NCBI GenBank assembly: GCA_017531505.1
Contig: JAFXKX010000010.1
Coordinates: 63,568-127,567, forward strand
Reading direction: 5' to 3'
Origin: Clostridia bacterium
GTDB lineage: Bacteria > Bacillota > Clostridia > Christensenellales > Christensenellaceae
Length of the DNA: 64,000 nt
Shown: one piece after another, positions 37,078 to 47,291 of the stretch
Layout of the letters: each line of letters starts with the position of its first letter
How positions within the stretch are numbered: the first letter of the stretch is position 1
Notes under the pieces: model-generated
The model's database searches: none
The model's input: the letters and a program-made list of their open reading frames with translations, nothing else
Told to the model about the DNA's origin: nothing
Position numbers and translations under genes: made by a program

Positions 37078-38910
37078 TTATTCTACGGTAACGGATTTCG
37101 CCAGATTTCTGGGTTTATCCACATCACAGCCCTTAAATACCGCTGTATAGTAGCCATACAACTGATACGGTACTGCCGCAAGGATGGGGGCAAACAAGTC
37201 ATCGATATCCGGCAATGTCAATACCAGATCTGCATCCTTTTCCAGCGCAGCCACATTGCTCTGCTGTGTCATTGCTACCACAAACGCACCTCTTGCCTTG
37301 ACCTCTTTGATATTGCTGACCAGTTTTTCCAGCAATGCTGTCTGCGTAGCCAATGCCATGACCAGCGTATTCTTTTCGATCAACGCAATGGGGCCATGCT
37401 TGAGTTCGCCTGCCGCATATGTTTCGGAATGAATATAGGACAATTCCTTGAGTTTCAGCGAACCTTCCATCATCAGTGCATGATCCGCACCTCTTCCGAT
37501 AAAGAATTCGTTGACATCCATAAATCGCTTGGAGGCCAATTGCTGTACGATTTCCTTGCCTTCCAGCACCTGCTCCAGCAACGCGGGTAATTTCTTAAGA
37601 TTTTCTACATAAGCAGTATACTGCGCTTCATCCAAAGTGCCGCGCATACGGCCCAGTTCCGCTGCCACCATATACAGGCACAGCACCTGCGTCAAATAAC
37701 CTTTGGAAGTAGCAACCGCGATTTCCATACCTGCCTGCGTATGCATGGTAGCATCTGCTTCGCGGGAAATGGTGCTGCCCTTTACGTTGGTGATCGCAAT
37801 GACCTTCGCCCCTTTGCTCTGCGCTTCACGCAGTGCCGCAATGGTATCTGCCGTTTCACCGGACTGGCTGATCACGATAAACAGATCGTCCTTGGATAAC
37901 AGAGGAGAGGGCATCCGGTAACGGAACTCGGAAGCCACATCTACATTTACGGGGATGCGGGCGACCTGCTCGATCACATATTTGCCCATAATACCTGCAT
38001 GATATGCGCTGCCGCAAGCCACGATATGGATACCGCGGATCCCTTTGATCAATTCTTCGGTGATATTGATCTCAGACAGATCGATACGGTTTCCCCGCAT
38101 ACGGGTCATCAATGTATCGTACATGGCGCGGGGCTGTTCATGGATCTCTTTGATCATGAAATGCTCCCAGCCGCCCTTTTCGGCCTGTGTTACATCCCAG
38201 TCGATCGTGAATTTTTCTTTTTCGGCACGATTGCCGTAAGCATCATAGATCTCCACCGCATCTTCGGTGATCACCGCTACTTCGCCATCATCCAGCAGAT
38301 ATACATCTTTTGTATATTCCAGCAATGCCGGGAAGTCGGATGCAATCAGGTTTTCACCCTGTCCCAGACCAATGACCAACGGGCTGTCTTTTCTGGCAGC
38401 AACGATGCGGTGCGGCTCGTTGATATTCATAACGCCAAGCGCATACGAGCCTTCCAGCATTTTTACCGCGCGCATTACCGCACTCTTGAGATCTCCCTCA
38501 TAATAATAATTGACCAGATGGGCAACTACTTCCGTATCCGTCTCGGATACAAAATGGATTCCCTTGCCCTGCAGCCACTGTTTGAGTTTTGCAAAGTTCT
38601 CTATGATACCATTATGTACGACGGCCAGATCTCCTGCCATATTGGTATGCGGATGTGAATTTACATCCGAAGGTTCTCCGTGGGTCGCCCAACGGGTATG
38701 ACCGATACCAATGGTGTTTTCTGCCACGGTTCCGGACAGTTTTTCCTGCAAATTGGCCAGACGGCCTTTGCACTTGACGATCTGCATTGCCCCATCTGCA
38801 ATATATGCTACGCCGGCGCTGTCATATCCTCTGTACTCCAGTTTGGACAGACCGCCCAGCAATACCGGCAATACATCACGCTTGCCTACATAACCTACGA
38901 TTCCGCACAT
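37078..38910 (-). CDS. glmS: glutamine--fructose-6-phosphate transaminase
   Basis: MCGIVG, GHTRWATHG, SQSGETADT and DKPRNLAKSVTVE. Confidence 0.98.
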   Translation of the reverse strand: MCGIVGYVGKRDVLPVLLGGLSKLEYRGYDSAGVAYIADGAMQIVKCKGRLANLQEKLSGTVAENTIGIGHTRWATHGEPSDVNSHPHTNMAGDLAVVHNGIIENFAKLKQWLQGKGIHFVSETDTEVVAHLVNYYYEGDLKSAVMRAVKMLEGSYALGVMNINEPHRIVAARKDSPLVIGLGQGENLIASDFPALLEYTKDVYLLDDGEVAVITEDAVEIYDAYGNRAEKEKFTIDWDVTQAEKGGWEHFMIKEIHEQPRAMYDTLMTRMRGNRIDLSEINITEELIKGIRGIHIVACGSAYHAGIMGKYVIEQVARIPVNVDVASEFRYRMPSPLLSKDDLFIVISQSGETADTIAALREAQSKGAKVIAITNVKGSTISREADATMHTQAGMEIAVATSKGYLTQVLCLYMVAAELGRMRGTLDEAQYTAYVENLKKLPALLEQVLEGKEIVQQLASKRFMDVNEFFIGRGADHALMMEGSLKLKELSYIHSETYAAGELKHGPIALIEKNTLVMALATQTALLEKLVSNIKEVKARGAFVVAMTQQSNVAALEKDADLVLTLPDIDDLFAPILAAVPYQLYGYYTAVFKGCDVDKPRNLAKSVTVE

Positions 38911-38925
38911 ATTCTGCGCCTCCTC

Positions 38926-40266
38926 TTATAACTTTTTCTCGATCAGCGCCGCTACTTTTTCGGCTTGCGCCCGGATATAGTCAATGTTTTCGCCCTCGAT
39001 CATCACACGTACCAACGGCTCTGTGCCCGACGGACGGATCAGTACACGACCTTTGCCTGCCATCGCCTGTTCAACTTCCGCGATCGCCTGCTGTATTTCT
39101 GCATCTTCCGCATATGCGTACTTCTTCTGTTCACTCACCTTTGCATTGACCAGTACCTGCGGCAGGATCTCTACATCATATGCCAATGTACCCAGCGTCT
39201 TTCCGCTGCGTACAACCACACCCAGCAGCTGCAGTGCCGTCAGCATTGCATCCCCCGTAGTGTTCTTATCCAGAATAATGACATGGCCGGACTGTTCTCC
39301 GCCAAAGTTATATCCGGATGCCAACAGTTCTTCCAATACATAACGGTCCCCAACTGCGGTTTTTATCAATTGAATACCATGGCTCTCCAGATACAGCTGC
39401 AATCCCAGATTGCTCATGACCGTACCTACGACAGTATCCTTTGACAATTTGCCGTGGGCCTTCATATCCAGGGCACATACCGCCATCACACGGTCACCAT
39501 CCACGATGCGGCCCTGCTCATCCACTGCGATCAGACGGTCTGCATCACCATCAAAGGCCAGACCGATATCTGCACCCAATTCTTTGACTGCCTGCTGCAG
39601 TTTTTCGGGATGGGTAGAACCGCAGCCGTCATTGATGTTTGTGCCATCCGGTGTATTGCCGATGCAATCCACCTTTGCCCCCAGTGCGGAAAACACCTGC
39701 GGCGCAATGCTGTATGCGGCACCATTAGCGCCGTCCAACACGATATGCAAGCCTTCCAGCGTCGCCTCCGCATTGCTGCACAAATATGCAGCATAATCCT
39801 CTGTCGCACTGGTATGTTCCACTTTGCGGCCCAGATTGATGCCGCTGGGCAGTTCCGGTACATTGCCGGACAAAATCATTTCTTCGATCTCTGCCTCGAT
39901 CTCATCGGCCAGTTTGTAACCCTGACCATTGAATACTTTAAGGCCGTTATATTCTACAGTATTATGCGACGCGCTGATCACAATACCGGCATCTGCGCCA
40001 TACAATCTGGTCAGATATGCCACTGCAGGCGTAGGTACCACGCCCAATACTTCTGCAGTTGCACCTGCAGAGCAAATGCCCGCTACCAGCGCACTTTCCA
40101 GCATATCACCGGAAATTCTGGTATCTCTGCCGATCAGGATCCGTGCATGATGCGCGGAATCGGTCAGCTTAAATGCACATGCCTGTCCTAATTTATATGC
40201 CAATATGCTGTCCAATTTTTCATTGGCCACACCGCGAATACCATCTGTTCCGAACAATTTTCCCAT
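38926..40266 (-). CDS. glmM: phosphoglucosamine mutase
   Basis: LFGTDGIRG, ISASHN, FDGDADR, GGEQSGH and RPSGTEP. Confidence 0.97.
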   Translation of the reverse strand: MGKLFGTDGIRGVANEKLDSILAYKLGQACAFKLTDSAHHARILIGRDTRISGDMLESALVAGICSAGATAEVLGVVPTPAVAYLTRLYGADAGIVISASHNTVEYNGLKVFNGQGYKLADEIEAEIEEMILSGNVPELPSGINLGRKVEHTSATEDYAAYLCSNAEATLEGLHIVLDGANGAAYSIAPQVFSALGAKVDCIGNTPDGTNINDGCGSTHPEKLQQAVKELGADIGLAFDGDADRLIAVDEQGRIVDGDRVMAVCALDMKAHGKLSKDTVVGTVMSNLGLQLYLESHGIQLIKTAVGDRYVLEELLASGYNFGGEQSGHVIILDKNTTGDAMLTALQLLGVVVRSGKTLGTLAYDVEILPQVLVNAKVSEQKKYAYAEDAEIQQAIAEVEQAMAGKGRVLIRPSGTEPLVRVMIEGENIDYIRAQAEKVAALIEKKL

Positions 40267-40287
40267 GTTCATTCTCCAATACAAAAT

Positions 40288-41190
40288 TTATAGACTGTGA
40301 TATGCTGCCGTTGCCGCCACAGCACCGTCTGCTGCCGCGGTCACTACCTGCCGCAATGTTTTTGTTCTCGCATCACCGGCTGCATATACCCCGGCGACAT
40401 CTGTCAGCGTATCTTCCCCTGCAACGATATAACCCGCCGCATCCAACAAAACTTTTCCCTGCAGAAATGCCGTATCCGGCTGCTGGCCTACTGCCACAAA
40501 CACGCCCTCCACAGCCAGTTCTTTTTCTTCCCCGGTATTCACATCCCGCAGCAAGATGCTTTCCAGATCAAACCCGCCGCGGATCTCCAGCGGCACTTTA
40601 CAGGTCTCAAAGAAAATATTTGTTTTCTTTTTTGCCTTATCGACCAAATATTGTTGTGCACGGAAACTGTCTCTTCTGTGGATAATATGCACTTCTGTAG
40701 CCAGATCTGCCAGATACAGTGCATCTTCAAACGCAGTGTCTCCGCCGCCTACCACAGCCACGCGCAGCCCCTTAAAGAATGCCCCGTCGCAGGTGGCACA
40801 ATAAGAAACACCCATGCCTGTAAATTCCTTTTCTCCCGGGATCCCCAGTTTACGCGGAGATGCCCCCATTGCCAAAATCACGGTTTTTGCACTGTATGTG
40901 CCCAATTTGCCTGTGATCTGTTTTTCACTGCCGTCCAGCTGAATATCCATTACTTCATCGGCAATATATGCCGCACCAAAGCGCTGTGCCTGCTCCAGGA
41001 GGATCTGCGAAAACTCCGGACCGGCTACGCCTTCGGCAAAGCCGGGGTAATTTTCCAGCCGATGCGTGGATGTGATCTGACCGCCTGCTGCTGTCTTTTC
41101 CAACACCGCCACATCAAGCCCTGCTCTGGCACCGTAAATTGCCGCAGTCAGTCCCGCGGGACCGCCGCCAATAATCAAAATGTCGTACAT
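40288..41190 (-). CDS. trxB: thioredoxin-disulfide reductase
   Basis: IGGGPAGLTAA, VSYCATCDG, VGGGDTA and YAAGD. Confidence 0.95.
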   Translation of the reverse strand: MYDILIIGGGPAGLTAAIYGARAGLDVAVLEKTAAGGQITSTHRLENYPGFAEGVAGPEFSQILLEQAQRFGAAYIADEVMDIQLDGSEKQITGKLGTYSAKTVILAMGASPRKLGIPGEKEFTGMGVSYCATCDGAFFKGLRVAVVGGGDTAFEDALYLADLATEVHIIHRRDSFRAQQYLVDKAKKKTNIFFETCKVPLEIRGGFDLESILLRDVNTGEEKELAVEGVFVAVGQQPDTAFLQGKVLLDAAGYIVAGEDTLTDVAGVYAAGDARTKTLRQVVTAAADGAVAATAAYHSL

Positions 41191-41323
41191 ATCTGCTCCC
41201 TTCTGCGAAAGTCCGCAAAAAACAGTTCGTTATATTTTATCACATAATCACTTATCTGTCTATTTTACCGTACTTTGTTTACAATCTAATTTATTATACC
41301 GCAGAAATTTTAGTTTATTGCAT

Positions 41324-41357
41324 AAAAAAAGCAGATGTTTGTACATCTGCTTTTTTT
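41324..41357 (-). terminator. terminator of the ECF operon
   Basis: AAAAAAAGCAGATGT/ACATCTGCTTTTTTT stem. Confidence 0.8.
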
Positions 41358-41370
41358 GTATAGGAACCTT

Positions 41371-42621
41371 TTACATATGGCCATAAAACTCCACTGTCAA
41401 TCCCCGTTCCTGTACCATTCTTTTGAGACTTCCCCATACTCCGACTTCGCTGTAGAAACTGCTTACTTTACCGTCATCCAGAAACAGGACCAATTTATAT
41501 TCCTGAGTATCAACGTCAATATAATCTGCCTCTTCACGCATATCCTCTAACATCAGAGTACACACCACCGCATTGGGATCTGCCGATACGATCTCATAAG
41601 ACACGATACGCACATCCTGCTTTGAAAATTTCAGCAGTTCCTGCAGGTATTTTTCTTCGCGCTGCTGTATATAGGCTTCTCTTCCCGGAGCCAATATGCT
41701 TTCCAGTTCGGCAAACTCCGTGTTCTCTTCCTTTTTGATCCCGGGATCCCACACGAATATAACCCCTTGCCGCAGTTCGTCGTAATATACCTTTTCATTG
41801 AGATTGGGACCGTCAAAGTTTGCATCCGGCACTTCGCCATAATATTTTTTTAAGTAATAGTACCCCGAAAGGTATCCGCCCTTGTCTGTCGTCTTGAGGG
41901 CATAACGGCTGGCCAGATAGTCATCACTAAATTCGCCCCAGTCTTTCTCAAAACCAAATTTTTCCTGTATCATCGGTTTGTATTTGATATTATCCATGAT
42001 GGCTTCCATGTGCTTTTGCGGCACAATATCCTGATTGATCAGTATCATCTGCATCCAGAACATTTCGGCATCACCGGTCTTTAGATATTCCTGATATTCG
42101 GTATGATATATTTCGTAAGGAATATAGCATTGTTCTCCATCGATCTCTACCAGATATTTATCCTTCTGCCGATATTCATTGAGCACCTGCAGCTTTTCAT
42201 CGTATATTTGGCCAATATCGATACAATATGCATACAGCGCTTCCCCATCCTGTGCCTGTAATGCCTGCAGGAACTTTTCTGCCGTATGCCGATTGCGCAT
42301 TTTTGCAAAGTTTACGGTATCTGTGACAAGCAGCACAAATACCAGCACAAACAATACCATCATCATACCGGAGATCAAACCGACCCATCTCTTTTTCCGG
42401 AACTTTCTCCGGAGTTTTCCAAAAGATTTCTCTTTCGAAAATGTTTGATCCTGCTGCGCAGACGTCAGGTTCGACTGTGTCATCCGCTGCAGATACGCTG
42501 CACAATACGGACAATGCACAGTATGCTCTTCGATCAATCGTCTGCTCATATCGGAACAACTGCCATCAGCATACAAAGGCAAAAGATCACGAATGCTGTT
42601 ACAAGTCAATTTTATATCCAT
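41371..42621 (-). CDS. zf-HC2 (ZAS) anti-sigma factor with TM helix and large extracellular domain
   Basis: CNSIRDLLPLYAD...HTVHCPYC, basic patch and TM helix; start overlaps the sigma gene end. Confidence 0.85.
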   Translation of the reverse strand: MDIKLTCNSIRDLLPLYADGSCSDMSRRLIEEHTVHCPYCAAYLQRMTQSNLTSAQQDQTFSKEKSFGKLRRKFRKKRWVGLISGMMMVLFVLVFVLLVTDTVNFAKMRNRHTAEKFLQALQAQDGEALYAYCIDIGQIYDEKLQVLNEYRQKDKYLVEIDGEQCYIPYEIYHTEYQEYLKTGDAEMFWMQMILINQDIVPQKHMEAIMDNIKYKPMIQEKFGFEKDWGEFSDDYLASRYALKTTDKGGYLSGYYYLKKYYGEVPDANFDGPNLNEKVYYDELRQGVIFVWDPGIKKEENTEFAELESILAPGREAYIQQREEKYLQELLKFSKQDVRIVSYEIVSADPNAVVCTLMLEDMREEADYIDVDTQEYKLVLFLDDGKVSSFYSEVGVWGSLKRMVQERGLTVEFYGHM

Positions 42622-43109
42622 CCTCTTGCCTCCATTTCTTTGATAATCCGTTCTTTTGCTCTGAAAAACGTAACTTTTGCCCAATTTTCCGTCTTGCCAA
42701 AGATCTCTGCGATCTCCCGGAATTTGAGTTCTCCAAAGATACGCAGCGAAAATACTTCACGGTAGGGCTCTTCCAGCGTGTGCAGTGCCTTATGGACACT
42801 CAGCACCGTCTGTTTATCCAGCAGCATCTCCATCGGAAAAGGAATCTCCCCCTCTGCCAGTGGATGCGTCGGATCGGGTTGTACGATGCGGCGATGCTTT
42901 CTTTGCTCGCTGAGAAACAAATTCTTGCCGATGCGGCACAGCCATGTATACAGGCTGCTTTCACCGCGGAATTTACCGAGATGCCGGAACGCCCGATAAA
43001 ATGTCTCTTGCGTCAGTTCTTCTGCATAGGCGCTGTCTTTGGTCAGCCCCAACAGATAGCGATACACCCTGTCTGCATATCGGTTATATAATTCCGAAAA
43101 TGTATCCAT
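42612..43109 (-). CDS. ECF RNA polymerase sigma factor
   Basis: AEELTQETFYRA, YTWLCRIGKN and ELKFREIAEIFGKTENWAKVTFFRAK; AGGAGG RBS before ATG 43109. Confidence 0.93.
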   Translation of the reverse strand: MDTFSELYNRYADRVYRYLLGLTKDSAYAEELTQETFYRAFRHLGKFRGESSLYTWLCRIGKNLFLSEQRKHRRIVQPDPTHPLAEGEIPFPMEMLLDKQTVLSVHKALHTLEEPYREVFSLRIFGELKFREIAEIFGKTENWAKVTFFRAKERIIKEMEARGWI

Positions 43110-43155
43110 CGTACCTCCTTTCCAAGTAAATGCTTTTGTTTTGCTCTGTTTCCCG

Positions 43156-44079
43156 TCAATAAATGATACCCGAAACGATATATGCATGGCGCCAAGGGTT
43201 TGCCGGCGCGGGCACATCTTCAAATCCAATTCCCTTTTCTTTTACAAAGCGCTTCATCAATTCTCCGCTTTGTGCATACCCGCTGATATCCTGTATGGTG
43301 CCTTGTTCGTATTCGATGCACAACACATAAATATTTTCTTTATGATCCAAATCTGCATACGCAGTATCCCCGGAGTCATCACGCAGCTGCATGGAAATAT
43401 ACAGATTGTTGTCCTGCATAGAAGTATTGTATTTTGTGATCACAATATTTTCCTCTGTAAACAGGTCAAAGGCCTGCTGCAACGTCTGTCTGCAGAAAGC
43501 AGCATATCCATCCTCACCCATCGCCAGCATATTTTCGGAATAGATACGGATCTCTTCGGGTTTTACTATCTGGTTATATGCTTTATCTGTGCCCTCCGAT
43601 TCTGCAGCATCCAGTCTTTGCACTACACTTTGATGCTGCCGGTACAGCACATCTGTATCCAGATACGTATCCAGCAGTTGTTCTGTCTCCCCATTCTTCA
43701 GTAATTTCGCGATTTTGCCTGCTGTGATCTGCATATCGATGCCGGTATAACTCCAGCGCCGGGGAAATGTATTTCTGGCGGCAATTTCATTGATGGTAAG
43801 TACCGCAAAGCATACGATCAGCAATGTCAATACCAGTGCTGTTATGCTACGCAGCCATACCTTCCGCCGTGCCTTCTTCATGATCCTGCGCGCCAATTCT
43901 GTTTCCTTTATTCTTTCCTCACTGACTTCCTGCGAACTATATCTCAAGTTTTCCAATATCTCCCGGCATTGCGGACACTCACGCAGATGATTTTCGATCA
44001 GAATGCATGTATCTTCCGAGCATATCTGATCCACATATAGCGGCATCAGATCCCGGATCACTTCACAATGCTGATTCAT
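43156..44079 (-). CDS. second zf-HC2 (ZAS) anti-sigma factor with TM helix and extracellular domain
   Basis: CEVIRDLMPLYVD...HLRECPQC, basic patch and TM helix; GGAGG RBS. Confidence 0.85.
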   Translation of the reverse strand: MNQHCEVIRDLMPLYVDQICSEDTCILIENHLRECPQCREILENLRYSSQEVSEERIKETELARRIMKKARRKVWLRSITALVLTLLIVCFAVLTINEIAARNTFPRRWSYTGIDMQITAGKIAKLLKNGETEQLLDTYLDTDVLYRQHQSVVQRLDAAESEGTDKAYNQIVKPEEIRIYSENMLAMGEDGYAAFCRQTLQQAFDLFTEENIVITKYNTSMQDNNLYISMQLRDDSGDTAYADLDHKENIYVLCIEYEQGTIQDISGYAQSGELMKRFVKEKGIGFEDVPAPANPWRHAYIVSGIIY

Positions 44080-44110
44080 ACTACACCTCCATATCTGATC
44101 TTTCATCTGT

Positions 44111-44137
44111 TAGACTCCTGTGAATGCAAAAGGTTAC
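44111..44137 (-). promoter_or_regulatory. putative ECF-type (autoregulatory) promoter
   Basis: Minus strand GTAAC-17 nt-GTCTA just upstream of the first gene of the ECF operon. Confidence 0.6.
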
Positions 44138-44156
44138 CTGCCTTTTTGAATTTTTC

Positions 44157-44190
44157 AAAAAAACCTCCGGCAATATATGCCGAAGGTTTT
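44157..44190 (-). terminator. terminator after the DUF4438 gene
   Basis: AAAACCTCCGGCA/TGCCGAAGGTTTT stem. Confidence 0.7.
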
Positions 44191-44200
44191 CCCTCGTGCT

Positions 44201-45055
44201 TTATAATAAGATATCTGCAAGATTTGCTTTGGGATCTACGGTATATGTCATAGAGCCGTCCAGACAACTGAACAGCGTCGTCACGCCCGGGCCATGGCCG
44301 GAGGTCTTGCAGCTGCCGTGTACGACCACCCCGACAGACAATGCCCCGGTAATGAAGTTGCGGCCGTTGGTATTGTCACAATCCAGCAAAGCGACGATAT
44401 CGCCGAGGCGAAGGGTATCCAGTTCATACTCTGCCACCAGTTTTTTGTCAAACATTGTGATATCGTAGTCACCTTTTTTGGTCGTTGCCGCACCAAGGCC
44501 GGAGCCCATCAGACAACCGGGCACCACCTTTGCCACAGGGATGACCAATTTTCCATCCTGCTCGCAAATATTCATTTTCTCCATCAGCAAAGGATCCAGA
44601 TTCATCACGGTGATGCCGGGGTAATCCTCCAGTTTGAGCCCCTGACCAAAAGATCTGACATTGATCTTATCACCAATATTCATCTTTTCCAGCGCTTCCT
44701 CGGGGAAATACATGATCACATGCTCGATACCGCCATGGGTGCCTGTTACAAACCCTTTGGCCCCCTTGGCGTCGCCGCTGATAACAGTTGCTTCATTACC
44801 CACGCAGGAAAGATAGTTATACGCATTGCTGGCACGGGTATCGGGGTTGCGGGTACTGACGCCCGGCTCGATATGATCTGCTTCAAAGCCACAGGCAAGG
44901 TCACCGATTTTTACATTATAGGTAATACCGCCGGTGCTGGGCAGCACAAACGCCTGTCCTTCATGGTCCAATTTACCAAGGTCGTTATATCCGGGTGCGG
45001 AAACTTCACCCTGTACAGACAGTTTGACCAATCTGTCCTTGTTTGTTCTGAGCAT
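44201..45055 (-). CDS. DUF4438 family protein
   Basis: GGITYNVKIGD, DHIEPGVS, GTHGGIEH, GDYDI and GHGPGVT. Confidence 0.82.
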   Translation of the reverse strand: MLRTNKDRLVKLSVQGEVSAPGYNDLGKLDHEGQAFVLPSTGGITYNVKIGDLACGFEADHIEPGVSTRNPDTRASNAYNYLSCVGNEATVISGDAKGAKGFVTGTHGGIEHVIMYFPEEALEKMNIGDKINVRSFGQGLKLEDYPGITVMNLDPLLMEKMNICEQDGKLVIPVAKVVPGCLMGSGLGAATTKKGDYDITMFDKKLVAEYELDTLRLGDIVALLDCDNTNGRNFITGALSVGVVVHGSCKTSGHGPGVTTLFSCLDGSMTYTVDPKANLADILL

Positions 45056-45124
45056 AAACATAACCTCTCTTTCATTTTCTGTAAATTTATTATATCGTAC
45101 TCTGTTCTGACTTCCAATACCAAT

Positions 45125-45862
45125 CTAATCCTGTACCGCCGCAACGGATAACTTTATGATCTCCCCTGCATCCTCTGCCGATAAAAGCGGACAGCAGGCA
45201 TAATACAGGGTTTTTCCGCCTTTGCCCGGCAAATCACCCAAAAATTTTTGCAGCAGTGCATGGATATCCTTCTGATGCCACATATACATACTGTAATATT
45301 GTCCTGCCGGGCGTATATGCATTGCCTCCTGCTGCGAGGACTGATAATACACGATATACCGGTCCTGCTTCGCCGGGATATCAGCCGTATCAAACAACAG
45401 GCCAAACTGCGTGCCGTAATGCTGTGACCCCAGCACAATAGGCGGTTCCTTTTCCTGCAGCACATAAGGATATGCTTTTGTTTCTTCCAAAAACAGCGTA
45501 CCGATGCCGTAGGTATCAAATTCCGTCATTTGGGCGGCGTTCAGCTTCAGGCTTTCTTTGGCTCTGCGTATTGCCATCTCCTGCCGCAGTATCGCTTGCT
45601 CCTGTTTTTGCAAAAAAACCTGTCGCTGCTGCCTTGTCTCCGCCGCAAGATAGTCGTGTATCTCCTCCAGCGAAAAATCCAGCAACTGCAGTTGTTTGAT
45701 AATATCCATCCGAGCTAATTGCTGCGCTGTATAATACCGATATCCATTGGCTGCGCGGTACGCCGGTTTTAGCAGCCCGATTTCATCATAGTAAAACAGT
45801 GTTTTTTTATGCACACCGCACAGTTTTGCAAATTTACCTGCCGACATTTGCTGAGATAACAT
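45125..45862 (-). CDS. MerR family transcriptional regulator
   Basis: FAKLCGVHKKTLFYYDEIGLLKP...NGYRYY helix-turn-helix. Confidence 0.92.
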   Translation of the reverse strand: MLSQQMSAGKFAKLCGVHKKTLFYYDEIGLLKPAYRAANGYRYYTAQQLARMDIIKQLQLLDFSLEEIHDYLAAETRQQRQVFLQKQEQAILRQEMAIRRAKESLKLNAAQMTEFDTYGIGTLFLEETKAYPYVLQEKEPPIVLGSQHYGTQFGLLFDTADIPAKQDRYIVYYQSSQQEAMHIRPAGQYYSMYMWHQKDIHALLQKFLGDLPGKGGKTLYYACCPLLSAEDAGEIIKLSVAAVQD

Positions 45863-45872
45863 AAAAAACCTC

Positions 45873-45903
45873 TTGACTATCCTGTTACTGGATACTTTAT
45901 ATT
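45873..45903 (+). promoter_or_regulatory. MerR-type promoter/operator with 19-bp spacer
   Basis: TTGACT-19 nt-TATATT with the dyad TATCC-TGTTACT-GGATA across the spacer. Confidence 0.8.
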
Positions 45904-45939
45904 GATCCCAGTATATCAGATTACGGAGGTTTTTGCATT

Positions 45940-47235
45940 ATGCAGTCCAATAAAAAACTATTCTTTTTTACCGTACCTATCCTTTTCAGCCTGTTGACCC
46001 AACAGTTATACAGTATCGCTGCCTCTGTGATCGCAGGCAGTTATCTGGGGAACGGCGCCCTTACCGCAGTCGGCAACGCCGGCACCATCCTTATGCTGGT
46101 GCTCATGGTTTCCGGCGGGCTGGAACTGGGGTGCGAGGTGCTGTTTGCCCGTCAGATCCACAGCGAAGACCAATCACGCGTCCGCCATACAGCCTATGAC
46201 ATCCTGATCACCGGCATTTCCTGCGGAGCCGTTATGAGTTTGTTGCTATATGCACTCAGCGATCTGTTATTTGCCTGGCTGCGCATTCCCTTTGCCATAC
46301 AGGCAGATACGCGTACCTATCTGCTGATATATCTTGGCGGTGTTGTTTTTTCTGTGGTCCATGATCTCTCCCGGGCGATTCTTACTGCCCTTGGCGAATC
46401 CCGTTTGTCCTTTATACTGATCTTCTGTTCTTCTGTGACAAGCATTGGTCTGGGTATCCTTTTTGTCGGATATTTTCACTGGGGCGTTGCAGGCTCTGCA
46501 CTGGCTATCGTCTGCGCGCAATTGTGTGGTATGCTGGCATCGCTTTATTGCTTGTTCCGCCGCTTGCGCCGCTTTCCCAAATCCTCTGTGCCCTATCGCT
46601 TTTCACCCGGCAATATGATCCGGATACTAAAAGCCGCAGTCCCCACCATATCCCAGCAATCCTTTACCGTACTGGGAAACCTGTTGCTGCAATCCGGCAT
46701 CAATACACTGGGCGACCAGATCAGCGGCGGCTATACCGCCTATACCAATGTGATCACTTTTATCACCATGGCTTATGTGGCGTTTGGTCAATCTGCTTCG
46801 ATACATACCGCCACCTATGCGCAGGAATCCTCTTCTCTTGTTCGCAGCGGTCAGCGTTTTTTGCAGCGCTGTACATGGGTCTACTCCGCAATCATCTGTG
46901 CAGTGATCCTGTTATTCAACAAACAGATTTGCAGACTGTTTCTCAATGCCGCGGAAGTACCCGATGGTTTTGATATGATGTATCAATGTCTGCTGTATTC
47001 TCTTCCTCTCCTTCTTCTCAATACCCCTAAATATCTGTGTGAAGGAATGCTGCGCGGTATGAATCATGGCGGCGCCTTTATGCTGAGTAATATCGGCGGA
47101 TTGGTATTGCGCATCGCATCTACGTTATTGCTGCTGCCGTATTTGCATTGGCACGCGTTATTGATCGGCAGCACCATCGATCGGCTTTGGTCTGCATTAT
47201 ATGCAGGCATACACTTGCAGCGGACAACACATTGA
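45940..47235 (+). CDS. MATE family efflux transporter
   Basis: PILFSLLTQQLYS...LGNGALTAVG, ALGES and GVAGSALA. Confidence 0.85.
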   Translation: MQSNKKLFFFTVPILFSLLTQQLYSIAASVIAGSYLGNGALTAVGNAGTILMLVLMVSGGLELGCEVLFARQIHSEDQSRVRHTAYDILITGISCGAVMSLLLYALSDLLFAWLRIPFAIQADTRTYLLIYLGGVVFSVVHDLSRAILTALGESRLSFILIFCSSVTSIGLGILFVGYFHWGVAGSALAIVCAQLCGMLASLYCLFRRLRRFPKSSVPYRFSPGNMIRILKAAVPTISQQSFTVLGNLLLQSGINTLGDQISGGYTAYTNVITFITMAYVAFGQSASIHTATYAQESSSLVRSGQRFLQRCTWVYSAIICAVILLFNKQICRLFLNAAEVPDGFDMMYQCLLYSLPLLLLNTPKYLCEGMLRGMNHGGAFMLSNIGGLVLRIASTLLLLPYLHWHALLIGSTIDRLWSALYAGIHLQRTTH

Positions 47236-47291
47236 CGTATCCATAAAATCAGTATAAAATTTTTGTAAGTGTTTATAGAAGGAGCCTCGAT

